64,000 nt of DNA from Longimicrobiales bacterium (GTDB lineage: Bacteria; Gemmatimonadota; Gemmatimonadetes; Longimicrobiales; Gaopeijiaceae). Position numbers and translations under genes: made by a program. Of the stretch, positions 34,099-45,600 are shown one piece after another. Position 1 is the first letter of the stretch. Each line of letters opens with the position of its first letter. The stretch spans positions 1,472,001 to 1,536,000 of the forward strand of contig OZ241869.1 of NCBI GenBank assembly GCA_965202805.1, read 5' to 3'. The notes beneath the pieces were generated by a model. It saw nothing but the letters and a program-made list of their open reading frames with translations, did not search any database and was not told where the DNA came from.

Positions 34099-35145
34099 TC
34101 AGCCCGCGCCGGCCGTGCGTTCGTGCACGTGGTCGACCAGGCGGGCGACCTGGTCGGGGTCGGTGCGCCGATCGATGCCGTGACCCAGGCTGAAGATGTG
34201 CCCGGCCAACCCCGCTGCCTCCGCGAGCACGGCGTCCGCCGCGCCCCTGAGCGCATCCGGGGGCCCGAACAGTTCGGCGGGATCGAGGTTGCCCTGAAGG
34301 ATGCGCCCACGGCCCAGCAGGGCGTCGGCCCTGGAGAGCGGAAGCGTCCAGTCGATGGCGGCGACATCGACATCGAGGCCGCGCATCGAGCGAAGCAGCG
34401 GCCCGCCACGGTTGGGGAAATAGATGATAGGGCAGTCCGTCGCGCGCCGGACGGCCGCGAACGCCCGGGTCAGCACGGGGTGGATGAAGCGCTGGTAGGT
34501 GTCCGGGCCGAGCATGCCGATCCAGGAGTCGAAGAGCATGACCGCGTTCGCGCCGGCTTCCGCCTGGGCTGCCAGGTAGCGGGCCATCGAGCGACCCAGC
34601 GTGTCGAGGAGGGCCCGGGAGGCCTCCGGTTCGCGGCGCAGGAAGCTGCGGGCGGTCATGAAGTCCTTGGAGCCGCCTCCCTCGACCAGATAGCAGAAGA
34701 GCGTGAAGGGCGCGCCGGCGAAGCCGATGAGCGCGGACTCCGGGCGGAGTTGGGAGCGGACCGCGCGGATCGCCTCCAGCACGAAGGGAACGCCTTCCTC
34801 GGGAACCAGCTCGCGCACGGCGCGCGCGGCCTCGGGCGTGCGCACAGGCTCGGGAAGCACCGGCCCGGGGGCGAACTCGACCTCCACCCCCATCGGGTCC
34901 AGGGGCGTCATGATGTCGCTGAACAGGATGGCGGCGTCCATGTCGAAGCGCTGCATCGGCTGCAGCGTGATGCGCGCCGCGATTTCCGGGGTGCGGGTCG
35001 CGGTCAGGAAGTCGACGTTGCGGCGCAGCTTCCGGTACTCCGGGAGGTATCGCCCCGCCTGGCGCATGATCCAGATGGGCGTATGCGGCACCGGCCGGCC
35101 GCGGGCGGCACGCTCGAAGACCGTGGCGTTGTCGGATCCGTTCAT
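34099..35145 (-). CDS. hemE: Uroporphyrinogen decarboxylase
   Basis: PIWIMRQAGRYLPEY, AILFSDI, GFAGAPFTL, QGNLDP, LGHGI. Confidence 0.96.
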   Translation of the reverse strand: MNGSDNATVFERAARGRPVPHTPIWIMRQAGRYLPEYRKLRRNVDFLTATRTPEIAARITLQPMQRFDMDAAILFSDIMTPLDPMGVEVEFAPGPVLPEPVRTPEAARAVRELVPEEGVPFVLEAIRAVRSQLRPESALIGFAGAPFTLFCYLVEGGGSKDFMTARSFLRREPEASRALLDTLGRSMARYLAAQAEAGANAVMLFDSWIGMLGPDTYQRFIHPVLTRAFAAVRRATDCPIIYFPNRGGPLLRSMRGLDVDVAAIDWTLPLSRADALLGRGRILQGNLDPAELFGPPDALRGAADAVLAEAAGLAGHIFSLGHGIDRRTDPDQVARLVDHVHERTAGAG

Positions 35146-35218
35146 GTCGTCGCCCACCGGGCGGATTCGGCGATCACGATGTGCGACCTTTTCCCGCATG
35201 CGCGCGCCCGGCCACCGC

Positions 35219-36531
<1,313 letters not shown>

Positions 36532-36535
<4 letters not shown>

Positions 36536-37794
36536 GGGCGGTCTCCCGTTTGGCGGCCGGCGATGACGGTGGTGGCAGAGAGCGCGTGCGGGCGCGAGGA
36601 ACCAGGGGGGCGGTCGCCGACCCCTGCGGCGCGTCCCAAATCCGCATGCCGGCGCCCGGGTAGGCCAATTGGGATCCGCGCCCCCGAGGAACCGCATCCC
36701 AAATCCGCATCCGGGCGCCCGCGCGGTCCGGTAGCCCCATCCGGGTGCCCGCGCGGCCCGGTAGCCCCATCGGAACGCCCGGCGGTCTCGGCCGCTGCGT
36801 GCCGCGACCCGCCGAGCGCCGCGACCACCGCCTCGATCATGGCTTCCAGCGTGGCGGTAGCCGCCACCCGCACATCACTGATTCCCAGCCGCTTCAGCGC
36901 CGCACCGGTGGTGGGACCGATGCACACCACGGCGGTCCCGGCAAGCACCCGGGCGAGCCCGCGAGTCCCGTCGGCGGTCGGCGCGTCACCCTTCGGCGCG
37001 TCACCCGCCGCTTCATCACCCGTCACCCCATCGCCGGTCGCCCCGTCACCCGTCGCCCGATCGCCGGTCACCCCATCGCCGGCGGCCCGACCACGGGTCG
37101 CCTCATCGCCAGCCGCTCCAACGCGGGTCGCCCCCTCACAAGTCGCCGAGGCCACCTTCCCACCAAGCGCGCGGTCCACCGCCTCCACCGCCGAAGGGCT
37201 GGCGAAGGTCACCGCGTCCACGCCGGCGGCCAGGTCGGCGCGCACCCGCTCGGCCGGGGGTGGCGTCACCACCGTGCGGTAGGCCTCGACCCGGGTGACG
37301 CGGGCCCCCAGTGCCGTGAACTCCTCCTCCAGGGTGGGGGCGGCCCCCGAGGCGGCCGGAAAGAGCACGCGCGCGCCCGCTACCGGGAAGGTCGCGGCCA
37401 CCTGGGCAGCCAGGCCGCGCGCGCCCGGCCCGCGCCCCTCCACCGCGACCGTCCAACCCGCCCCGGTGGCGGCGCGGGCGGTGGCAGGACCCACCACGGC
37501 GACCCGCAGGGCGGGGGCAGAGCCCCCGGTCGCCCGCGCGGCCGGTCCCTCCCCCACCGCCGCCACCGCGCGCGCGCTCGTGAACACCACCCAGTCGAAC
37601 CGGTCGAGGCGCGCGAGCGCGGCCTCCAGCGGCCCGGGATCGCGGGGCGGCGGGTACTCGGAGGTCGGCCACGCCAGCACGCGCGCCCCCGCCATCTCCA
37701 GCAAAGCGCGCAGCCGGTCCTCGTGCGCAGCGCCGCGCGTCGTCACCACCCGCACGCCCGCGAGCGGCGCCGCGACGGGAACCGGATTCCCCAT
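36532..37794 (-). CDS. hemD: Uroporphyrinogen-III synthase with repeat insertion and C-terminal extension
   Basis: VVTTR, WVVFTSARAV, VGPATA, VEAYRT, FASPSAV, IGPTT. Confidence 0.88.
36634..36780. repeat. 30-bp tandem repeat (36708-36767) plus a duplicated TCCCAAATCCGCAT motif in the hemD 3' extension
   Basis: CATCCGGG(C/T)GCCCGCGCGG(T/C)CCGGTAGCCC x2. Confidence 0.8.
36965..37150. repeat. Degenerate 15-bp in-frame tandem repeat (~12 units) inside hemD
   Basis: Encodes TCEGA-TRVGA-AGDEA-TRGRA-AGDGV-TGDRA-TGDGA-TGDGV-TGDEA-AGDAP-KGDAP-TADGT. Confidence 0.85.
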
Positions 37795-37830
37795 GCGCCC
37801 TATCGCCCTTGCCCCAAGTGTCGAGTCACC

Positions 37831-38538
37831 CTACCCCAGCGTCTCAAGCCACTCTTCGGGACTCGCGAAGATCCCGGTGTGCAGCGGCGCGTCGCTCAGG
37901 GTGTAGCGTCGTCCCTCGGTGCTCCGCAGCTCGTGCACGAGCCGCGAAAACAGCCGCAGATCGTCCATCTCATACACGACGACGAACTCCTGGTCCTGGA
38001 GCCCGAACGAATACAGGAGCAGCTGTTTGATCTTGCGGAACTGCTTCCCGATGCGGATGTGCTCGTTCATCATCCCCTGGCGCGTCTCACGCCCGAACAG
38101 ATACCAGTCCGCCGTCTTCGTGAACGGGTAGACCACCAGGTATCGCCTGCGCTCCTCCGCGAAGGAATCGACTTCCTGGGCCGAACGCGCCTTGCTGTAT
38201 TCGGAAGGACGCGTATAGCCCCAGAGCGTCGTCACCGGCTCGACGATGTCCCGGTGCCGGCCCTCCGCCGCCGCCCGGCGCAGGAAGTAGCGAGCCCCTG
38301 CCTCATCCTCTTCCGCGAGCACCGAACTCCACACCAGCACGTCGGCCCCGGCCTCGAGGCCCTGCAGCAGATAAGGATGGGCCAGGTCCGCGGCCCCCCG
38401 CACATCCTCGAGCCAGGCCCGGGCGCGCGCGCGCCGTTTCGCGCCGTCCATCTCCCAGAACCGCGCGGTAAACCGGTAGTTGGCGAAGTGTCCGAGCACG
38501 GTCGGGCGCATCTTGCCGGTCCCCTTGCTGTCGCTCAC
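37831..38538 (-). CDS. hemQ: Coproheme decarboxylase (chlorite dismutase family, ChdC/HemQ)
   Basis: YLVVYPFTKTADWY, MMNEHIRIG (proximal His), YSFGLQDQEFVV; first gene of the hem operon. Confidence 0.85.
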   Translation of the reverse strand: MSDSKGTGKMRPTVLGHFANYRFTARFWEMDGAKRRARARAWLEDVRGAADLAHPYLLQGLEAGADVLVWSSVLAEEDEAGARYFLRRAAAEGRHRDIVEPVTTLWGYTRPSEYSKARSAQEVDSFAEERRRYLVVYPFTKTADWYLFGRETRQGMMNEHIRIGKQFRKIKQLLLYSFGLQDQEFVVVYEMDDLRLFSRLVHELRSTEGRRYTLSDAPLHTGIFASPEEWLETLG

Positions 38539-38592
38539 GCCTCTTCCTCGCTGATGCTCGTGTCGGACGCCGCTCCAACGTACTGATATCTC

Positions 38593-38611
38593 ATGACAAT
38601 ATCACTGTCAT
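38593..38611. promoter_or_regulatory. Palindromic operator ATGACA-N7-TGTCAT upstream of the heme operon
   Basis: Perfect 6-bp inverted repeat in an AT-rich patch about 55 bp upstream of hemQ. Confidence 0.6.
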
Positions 38612-38661
38612 TTACTGATGAGTTGTTCCGGATGCGCGCCGGCATGTTCGTCCACGGGCCG

Positions 38662-39810
38662 CTACGACTTGGGAATCTGCTTGCCGGGATCCACGAAGGG
38701 CTTGCGCACGACGGTGGCGTCGCGCTCGCCGTCCGGGGTGGCGACGCCGAGGTGCGTGCCCAGCTTCCCGAATGCCGCCGGCACCATCGCGTAGCCGATG
38801 TTCCGGTCGAGGCGCGGCGAATACACCGCGGACGTCACGGAGCCGATCTCCCGCCCGTCCCGATGCACGGGCCAGCGGGTCATGTTCAGGTCGAGCGGGG
38901 CGCCCGCGATCTCGACCCCGGCCAGCAGCCGCCCGGGCCCCTCCGCTGCGATTCGGGCCAGCGCGTCGCGGCCGATGAAGTCGCCCTCCTGATCCTGGTC
39001 CACCTGCCATCCCAGGCCGACTTCGTAGGGGTTGTTCTCCAGCGTCATGTCGATGCCGTAGTTGAGGATGCCGGCCTCGATGCGGCGGATGTCCGATGGC
39101 CCCGTGGGCGAAATGCCGAGGTCGCGTCCTGCTTCCATCACGCGGTCCCAGAGTTCCATCCCCCGGCTGCCGTCCCGCAGGTAGATTTCGTAGCCGACCT
39201 CGCCGCTCCAGCCGGTGCGCGTCACGACCACCGGAATGCCGTCGAGGTCGGTGTCGGCGAACCAATAGTAACGCAACCCGCTCACTTCGTCGCCGAAGAG
39301 CCTGCGGATGACCTCCTTCGATTTCGGACCCTGCACCTGCATGGGCGAGACGTCCGGCTCGCACAGTTCGACGTCGAGCCCGGAGTTGAGGGCGACGCCT
39401 TTCGCCCACAGCAGGACATCGCTGTCCGCCAGCGCCAGCCAGAAGTGGTTTTCGCCCAGCCGCAGGAGCACCGGATCGTTCACGATGCCGCCGTCCTCGG
39501 CGGTGATCAGGACGTACTTGCCCTGGCCGACCGCGCACCTGGACAGGTCGCGCGGGGTGAGCAGGTTGGTGAACTCGAAGGCGTCCGGCCCGGTGATCTC
39601 CACCTGCCGCTCGACGCTCACGTCCCACACCGTGACCCCGGTCAGCAGCTTTTCGTACTCCGCATGCAGATCGTCGTAGCGGGTCGGGAGGAACATGTGG
39701 TTGTACACCGTATAGCTCCGGCAGCCCGCGCGCAGGGTGGACTCGAAGTAGGGCGATCTGCGCAGCCGGGCGCCGCGCTGGATGAGGGCCATGTCGAAGG
39801 TCGGGGACAC
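38662..39810 (-). CDS. GcvT-family THF-dependent demethylase, DmdA-like
   Basis: RLRRSPYF...YTVYNHMFLP...WDVSVERQVEITGPDA, TRTGWSGEVGYEI, RIEAGIL; GAGGAG RBS before the GTG. Confidence 0.82.
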   Translation of the reverse strand: MSPTFDMALIQRGARLRRSPYFESTLRAGCRSYTVYNHMFLPTRYDDLHAEYEKLLTGVTVWDVSVERQVEITGPDAFEFTNLLTPRDLSRCAVGQGKYVLITAEDGGIVNDPVLLRLGENHFWLALADSDVLLWAKGVALNSGLDVELCEPDVSPMQVQGPKSKEVIRRLFGDEVSGLRYYWFADTDLDGIPVVVTRTGWSGEVGYEIYLRDGSRGMELWDRVMEAGRDLGISPTGPSDIRRIEAGILNYGIDMTLENNPYEVGLGWQVDQDQEGDFIGRDALARIAAEGPGRLLAGVEIAGAPLDLNMTRWPVHRDGREIGSVTSAVYSPRLDRNIGYAMVPAAFGKLGTHLGVATPDGERDATVVRKPFVDPGKQIPKS

Positions 39811-39865
39811 GAGTCTGCTCCTCGGATTGAGTCGGTTCAGGTGCATGCGGCTGCGCGGACCATGG

Positions 39866-41470
39866 CTAGTCCCGTCCGCCGAAACGCGCAACCCGCCCCG
39901 CGTCGCGCAGGATCTCGCGCGCTGCGAGCCGGCCCGGCCCCCCGGTGACTCCGCCCCCGGGGTGGGTGCCCGAGCCGCACAGGAACAGGCGCTCCACCGG
40001 CGTCCGGTACCGGCCCCATCCGGGGACCGGGCGCATGAACAGAAGCTGGTCGAGGCCCATCTGCCCGTGGTATTCGTCGCCGCCCGAGAGGCCGAGTTCG
40101 GTTTCGAGGTCGAGCGGGGTGAGCAGGCGGTGGTCCACGATGCGATCGCGCAGGCCGGGAAGGAACTCGTCGAGCACGTCGAGCACGCCCGAGAGCAGCC
40201 CTTCGCGGGTCGCACCGTCCTCCCAGCTGCCGGACCGCAGCCGGTAGGGCGCGTATCGGATCTGGATGGACGCGAGGTGGCGACCCTTAGGTGCGAGGGC
40301 GGGGTTGTGCAGCGTCGGAACCACCATGTCCAGATGCGGGCGCGCCGAGCAGCGGCCGTACTTGGCGTCGTCGGCGGCTCGCTCCAGGTACTCGAGGTCC
40401 GGAGCCACCAAGGTGTGGCCGGACAGGCGTTCGGCCGCGTCCGGGAGGGGCGGAAGCCCGTCGAGCAGCAGGTGCAGCGTGGCGGTGGTTCCGCGCAGCT
40501 GGATGTTCGTCACCCTGCGGTTGAACTCCGGGCCCAGCCGGGGCGCTCCCACCAGCCCGAAGAAGGTGCGGCGCGGATCGACGCCGGAGATCACGCGGCG
40601 CGCGGGTATCTCCTCTCCGCCGGCCAGCAGCACCCCGCTCGCGACGCCGTCCTCCATGAGGATGCTCTCCACTTCGGCCCCGGTGCGAACCTCCGCCCCG
40701 TGCCCGCGCGCGGCCGCCTCCAGCGCCCCGGAGAGCGCACCCACGCCGCCCTCGACGAAGAGGGAGGAACGAAAGCCGCAGGGTTCGCTCCCGGCGGCGT
40801 GGTAGAACAGGCGGAACGCGCCGCCCATGGCGCTCGGACCCTGGCAGGCTCCCGGCAGCGCGCTGGTCGCCAGCATCCCCTTGAGGGCGTCGCCGGTGAA
40901 CCAGTCGTCGAGGAGATCGCGCGCCGACAGCGGGATCGCGCGCAGCAGTTCCACCACGGTGCGCTTGCCGAGCCGGCCGGCGCGAAGCAGGGGACGCAGC
41001 AGGCGCAGCCGTTCCCTGGCCGACGCGTCGTGAAGGTCCGGGGGGGCGTGCTCCAGGGCGACCCGCAGCACGCGCGCCATCGAGCGCAGGTAGTCGGCCC
41101 AGTCGGGGAAGCGCGCCGCGTCCGCCCGGCCGTGGCGTTCGATCTCGTCGCGTGTCCGCCCGGGATTGCGCCAGAGGGTCAGCGCCTCTCCGCCGCCCGT
41201 GAGCGAGGTGGCCACCGCGGGAGGATGCACCCACCGGAGCCCGCGCGCGTCGAGGCCGAGGTCGGAGACGATCTCCCGCCGGAAGAGGCCCGCGTCCTGG
41301 GCGGCCAGGTTCACCCGGCAGCCGGGGAAGACTTCCTCGGTCGAGGCCGCGCCCCCGACGACCCCTCGGCGCTCGAGAACCAGCACCTGCCACCCCTCGC
41401 GGGCGAGCATCGCAGCGGTAACCAGGGCGTTGTGCCCCGCGCCCACCACGACCGCGTCGCAGACCTTCAC
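39866..41470 (-). CDS. Phytoene-dehydrogenase-like FAD oxidoreductase
   Basis: VVGAGHNAL, LERRGVVGGAA, YRTPVERLFLCGSGTHPGGGVTGGPG. Confidence 0.88.
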   Translation of the reverse strand: MKVCDAVVVGAGHNALVTAAMLAREGWQVLVLERRGVVGGAASTEEVFPGCRVNLAAQDAGLFRREIVSDLGLDARGLRWVHPPAVATSLTGGGEALTLWRNPGRTRDEIERHGRADAARFPDWADYLRSMARVLRVALEHAPPDLHDASARERLRLLRPLLRAGRLGKRTVVELLRAIPLSARDLLDDWFTGDALKGMLATSALPGACQGPSAMGGAFRLFYHAAGSEPCGFRSSLFVEGGVGALSGALEAAARGHGAEVRTGAEVESILMEDGVASGVLLAGGEEIPARRVISGVDPRRTFFGLVGAPRLGPEFNRRVTNIQLRGTTATLHLLLDGLPPLPDAAERLSGHTLVAPDLEYLERAADDAKYGRCSARPHLDMVVPTLHNPALAPKGRHLASIQIRYAPYRLRSGSWEDGATREGLLSGVLDVLDEFLPGLRDRIVDHRLLTPLDLETELGLSGGDEYHGQMGLDQLLFMRPVPGWGRYRTPVERLFLCGSGTHPGGGVTGGPGRLAAREILRDAGRVARFGGRD

Positions 41471-41519
41471 GCCCCGGGCTCCCTGCGCGTTGCCTCGGCG
41501 TGCCGGCGTATGCCTGCCG

Positions 41520-43124
41520 TCATCCCCGCCTCCCGCGGCGCCCGCGTCCCAGGTCGGCGAGCACCGTCCCGGCCGCGAGCTTCCCGGGCGCGCCCATGAT
41601 GCCGCCGCCCGGGTGGGTGCCCGACCCGCACTGGTAGTAGCCCCGCACCGGCGTGCGGTACTTCGCATAGCCGGCGACCGGACGGAGGAAGAAGAGCTGC
41701 GACGGGCTCAGCTCGCCCTGGAAGATGTTGCCCTGCGAGAGCCCCGTGGTGCGCTCGATGTCCAGCGGCGTGAGCACCTGACGGTGCAGGATGATGTCCT
41801 TCAGGTTCGGGGCGTAGCGGGCCAGGGTGTCGACCACGGCGTCGCCGAATGCCTCGCGCCTGTCGTCCCAGTTGCCCTCGCGCAGCTCGTAGGGCGCGTA
41901 CTGGACGAAGCACGACATGACGTGCTTGCCGGGAGGGGCCATCCCGGGATCGATCGCCGAGGGGATGACGATGTCGATGTAGGGCTCCCTCGAGAAGTCC
42001 CCGTACTTCGCGTCGTCGTAGGCGCGTTCCAGGTAGTCGAGGGACGGGCTGATGGAGACGGCGCCCCGCAGATGGGGGCCCCAGCCGGGCATGGAGGTGA
42101 AGTCGGGCGCGGCGTCGAGCGCGAGGTTGACCTTGCCGGAGGAGCCGCGAAAGCGGAAGGCGCGGACGGCGTCGACCAGTTCGCCGGGCAGTTCATCCTC
42201 TTCGACCAGGTCGAGGAAGGTGCGGCGCGGGTCGAGACTGGAGGAGACGACCTTCCCGTGCACCTCGTCGCCGTTAGCGAGCGCCACCCCCGTGACGCGT
42301 CCGTTCCGGATCAGCACCCGGGCGACCGGAGCGTCGGTGCGGATCTCCGCCCCCGCCTCGCGCGCGGCCGAAGCGATCGCCTCCGCCACCGCCCCGGTCC
42401 CGCCCCTGGCGAAGCCCCACGCGCGGAAGTGTCCGTCGATCTCCCCCATGTAGTGGTGGAGCAGGACGTAGGCGGTGCCCGGCGAGCGCGGGCCCAGGAA
42501 AGTGCCGATGATGCCGCTGGCCGACAGGGTAGCCTTGAGCACGTCGGTCTCGAACCACTCGTCGAGGAAATCCGCCGCACTCATCGTCATGAGCTTCACC
42601 AGCAGGTGCAACTGATCGGGGTCCAGCCCCAGGAAGTGCCGGGCCAGCCCGAGCAGGCCGGAGATGTCGCGGGGGCCGAGCCGGGCGGGATCGGGCGGGA
42701 CGATGTCGAGCAGATACTTCACCGCGCGCGCCATGAAGAAGAGCGAACGCCCGTAGTCGTCGTAGGCCTCGGCGTCGCGCACCGAAAAGCGCGCGATCTC
42801 GCGCCAGCTGCGGTAATGATCGCCGTCGCGGTAGAGGCGGTCGCCGTCCGGGAGCGGTGTGAGCGTGCTCTCGAGGGGCAGAATTGCGAGCCCGTGGCGG
42901 GGCAGATCCAGCTCGCGGATGATCTCCGGGCGCATCAGGCTGACCACGTAGGAGAAGACGCTGTAGCGGAAGCCCGGGAAGATCTCCTCGGTGACGGTGG
43001 CGCCCCCCACCATCGGACGCGCTTCGAGCACGGACACGTCCAGCCCCGCGCGCGCCAGATAGGCCGCGTGCACCAGGCCGTTGTGCCCGCCGCCGATCAC
43101 GATCGCGTCGTAGCTGCGCGCCAT
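41520..43124 (-). CDS. Phytoene-dehydrogenase-like FAD oxidoreductase (PYROXD2/CrtO-like)
   Basis: IGGGHNGL, GGATVTEE, GNIFQGEL, CGSGTHPGGGIMGAPG. Confidence 0.9.
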   Translation of the reverse strand: MARSYDAIVIGGGHNGLVHAAYLARAGLDVSVLEARPMVGGATVTEEIFPGFRYSVFSYVVSLMRPEIIRELDLPRHGLAILPLESTLTPLPDGDRLYRDGDHYRSWREIARFSVRDAEAYDDYGRSLFFMARAVKYLLDIVPPDPARLGPRDISGLLGLARHFLGLDPDQLHLLVKLMTMSAADFLDEWFETDVLKATLSASGIIGTFLGPRSPGTAYVLLHHYMGEIDGHFRAWGFARGGTGAVAEAIASAAREAGAEIRTDAPVARVLIRNGRVTGVALANGDEVHGKVVSSSLDPRRTFLDLVEEDELPGELVDAVRAFRFRGSSGKVNLALDAAPDFTSMPGWGPHLRGAVSISPSLDYLERAYDDAKYGDFSREPYIDIVIPSAIDPGMAPPGKHVMSCFVQYAPYELREGNWDDRREAFGDAVVDTLARYAPNLKDIILHRQVLTPLDIERTTGLSQGNIFQGELSPSQLFFLRPVAGYAKYRTPVRGYYQCGSGTHPGGGIMGAPGKLAAGTVLADLGRGRRGRRG

Positions 43125-43191
43125 CGAGTTCAGCTCCGGGCCGGGGAGCGTGCGAAGGTAGGAGTTACGACGGGGGCGATGCTCACTGTCT

Positions 43192-44385
43192 TCATGCGCG
43201 CTTGCGCGCGGGATCGAAGAAAGGGGTCTTCACCACCGTGGCCGGCACCTCGTGGCGCACGAACTCCACGGTGAGTTCGTAGTCCACCCGGCCGCCGGGC
43301 CGGGCGAAGTCGCGCTGCAGGGTCGCGAGCGCGATGTACTTCTTGAGGATGGGCGAGAAGGTGGCGCTGGTGACGAAGCCGACCTGGGTGCCGGCGGCGT
43401 AGATCGGTACCGGTTCGCGCGACGCCCGGCCCGCCACCAGCGGAGGCAGCCCCACCGAGGCGAAGCGCCGCTCGATGCGCGGCCAGTCGACCTCGAGCCC
43501 CGCGAAGGCCCACCTGGAGGGCCGGGCGGCCTCCCGTTCGAGCGCCCTCCTGCCCACGAAGTCGCGCCCGGGCCGCGGCTCGACCGCCCATCCCAGACCG
43601 GCCTCGTAGGGAGAGGACTTGCGCGACTCGATGAGCGCCGTCCACGCGGATACGTAATCCACCTCCTTGAGCAGGAGCCCCGCCTCGATGCGGGCCACGT
43701 CGAGGGCGTCGAGGCCGGCTGGGGCGATGCCGTATCCCCTGCCCGTCTCCATGAGCGCGTCCCAGAGGGCGAGCGCGTGTTCGGGGCGCACCCAGACCTC
43801 GTATCCGAGATCACCGGTGTAGCCGGTCCGCGTGATCGTGACCGGAACCGTTCCCACCCTGCCCTCGGCCAACCCGAAGTAAGGGACCGCAGCGACGTCC
43901 GCGCCGGTCACCAGCACGGCCAGGATGTCGCGCGAGGTGGGACCCTGCAGGGCGAGCGCCGCCAGCTCGAGCGAGATGTCGCGCACGCGGGCGTCCATGC
44001 CCAGCGCGCAATCCTGAAACCAGCGCAGGCACGGATCCGCGGCCGTGATGCGGAAGGTGTCCGCGCCCAGGCACTGCACGGTGCCGTCGTCGATCAGCTT
44101 GCCTGCCTCGTCGCACCAAGGGCTGTAGAGCACGCGCCCCTCCGGGCAATCGGCCGCGTCGCGCGTGACGATGCGGTCCACCAGCACGGCCGCCTCGGAG
44201 CCCGTGATCTCGTACTTGCGCAGGGGCGAGATGTCGAAGAGCGCGGCTCCGCTGCGAACCGCGTAGTACTCGTATTCGTGGCTCGGCTCGTAGCTGAGGG
44301 CGATGGCGTACCCGGACCAGTTGCGCCAGCGGCGGTGGTGACAGAGCGCGGCGGTGCGCCGGTGGAAGGGGGTTTCGAGGAGCAT
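43192..44385 (-). CDS. GcvT-family aminomethyltransferase
   Basis: TPFH, LFDISPL, DDG, TRTGYTGDLGYE, RIEAG, PFFDP. Confidence 0.9.
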   Translation of the reverse strand: MLLETPFHRRTAALCHHRRWRNWSGYAIALSYEPSHEYEYYAVRSGAALFDISPLRKYEITGSEAAVLVDRIVTRDAADCPEGRVLYSPWCDEAGKLIDDGTVQCLGADTFRITAADPCLRWFQDCALGMDARVRDISLELAALALQGPTSRDILAVLVTGADVAAVPYFGLAEGRVGTVPVTITRTGYTGDLGYEVWVRPEHALALWDALMETGRGYGIAPAGLDALDVARIEAGLLLKEVDYVSAWTALIESRKSSPYEAGLGWAVEPRPGRDFVGRRALEREAARPSRWAFAGLEVDWPRIERRFASVGLPPLVAGRASREPVPIYAAGTQVGFVTSATFSPILKKYIALATLQRDFARPGGRVDYELTVEFVRHEVPATVVKTPFFDPARKRA

Positions 44386-44404
44386 GCGGCAAGCTGGCTG
44401 CGAT

Positions 44405-44959
44405 TCAGAAGCGCAGCAAGGTGGTGACCGCGGGTTGGCCCGGCTGGATGACGATGATGTAGAGCCGGTCGTACTCCATGTGGTCTATGGGACCGTGGGG
44501 CTCGCCCCCGAGCGCCTCCGCCAGCCGAGGCGTGGTGTCGCTGTGGCCCGAAACCAGATGACGCCCGGGCGTCGCACGGATCGTCTCCGCGAACTCCTCC
44601 AGCTCCCCTGGGCTGTAGATGCCGATCTCCACCCCGTCGTCCTCGGCGATGGGACCGGCGGTATCGAGGGTACGCGTGAGGTTGGTGGAGTGGACGTGGG
44701 TGAAGTCCACGTCCGCCACGAGCGCGCGCAGTTTCTCGACGCGTTCCCGCCCAACGTCGTTCAAGGGCGAGTTGGGGCTGTCGTCGAGCCGCTCGGCGTG
44801 CCGGACCAGGAAGACGGTCACGGCGTCGTCCGCAACCGGGGCGGCGACCTGCGCCCCCAGGTGGAAGGGCGCCGCGACCGCCGCCAGGCAGGCCGCGAAG
44901 GCAACCAGCGCGCTTGCGTCCGCGCGCCTGCGGAATCGGGGAATTCGCGATCGAGTCAT
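44405..44959 (-). CDS. Secreted histidine phosphatase (SixA/PGM family)
   Basis: Signal peptide; FLVRHAE, RTLDT, VSGHS. Confidence 0.82.
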   Translation of the reverse strand: MTRSRIPRFRRRADASALVAFAACLAAVAAPFHLGAQVAAPVADDAVTVFLVRHAERLDDSPNSPLNDVGRERVEKLRALVADVDFTHVHSTNLTRTLDTAGPIAEDDGVEIGIYSPGELEEFAETIRATPGRHLVSGHSDTTPRLAEALGGEPHGPIDHMEYDRLYIIVIQPGQPAVTTLLRF

Positions 44960-44967
44960 GGAACCCG

Positions 44968-45483
44968 CTACTTGAGGGCGACCAGCTGGTCGGGATCCAC
45001 CCGAACCACGATGTAGGTGATCGCCTCGGTGATCTCGCTGAAGCCGTGCGGCGAGTTGGTCGGGATGATCACCATGTCCCCGGGCCCGATGTCGCGGCTC
45101 TGTCCACCGGCGATGCCGCCCAGCGCACTCGGGCCGGTCAGCGTGCGGACCGTATTGCCGTCCGGATCGAGCGGACGCGCGTCGGTGAGCTCGCCCCCGG
45201 TCACCAGCGTGCCCCGCCCCGACACAACATAGTAGACCTCGGTCTGGTTGTGGTGCTGGATCGCCCCCAGCGAGGTGGTGGGCGGCCGGTGTACCAGCCC
45301 GACCCCGACATTGTGGCCGCCCGCATCAATGTGGCGGATCTGCTGGTCGCTCACCCGGTCCTCGGGGGCGTTCGCGATGGTGGCGAGAATGTCGTCCGCG
45401 GTGATGTGGGTGGCGGCCTGATTCTCCTGGGCCACGGCCCAGATCATACCGACGGCCAGCGCGGCGGCGAGCAGCTTCGACAT
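44968..45483 (-). CDS. Secreted cupin-domain protein
   Basis: Signal peptide; QHHNQTEVYYV...GDMVIIPTNSPHGF. Confidence 0.85.
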   Translation of the reverse strand: MSKLLAAALAVGMIWAVAQENQAATHITADDILATIANAPEDRVSDQQIRHIDAGGHNVGVGLVHRPPTTSLGAIQHHNQTEVYYVVSGRGTLVTGGELTDARPLDPDGNTVRTLTGPSALGGIAGGQSRDIGPGDMVIIPTNSPHGFSEITEAITYIVVRVDPDQLVALK

Positions 45484-45600
45484 GGGTGCCTCCGGTCTTC
45501 AGTGTGGTCTTGTCTGGGCGGGCCAATACTAGGACATGGCGTGTGGGCCGGTCCACCGGATGCGGGAAGCCGGGCCGAGGAACTCGCAGGATTGGCCAGG

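Noticed and set aside
36634..37150. Repeats as a possible CRISPR array
   Set aside because: No unique spacers, degenerate in-frame coding repeats, and no cas genes.
37831..38538. Chlorite dismutase / perchlorate respiration
   Set aside because: No signal peptide, and it heads a heme operon, so ChdC/HemQ is more likely.
39866..43124. Carotenoid biosynthesis genes (crtI/crtO)
   Set aside because: No crtB/crtE/crtY nearby; the GcvT context suggests another role.
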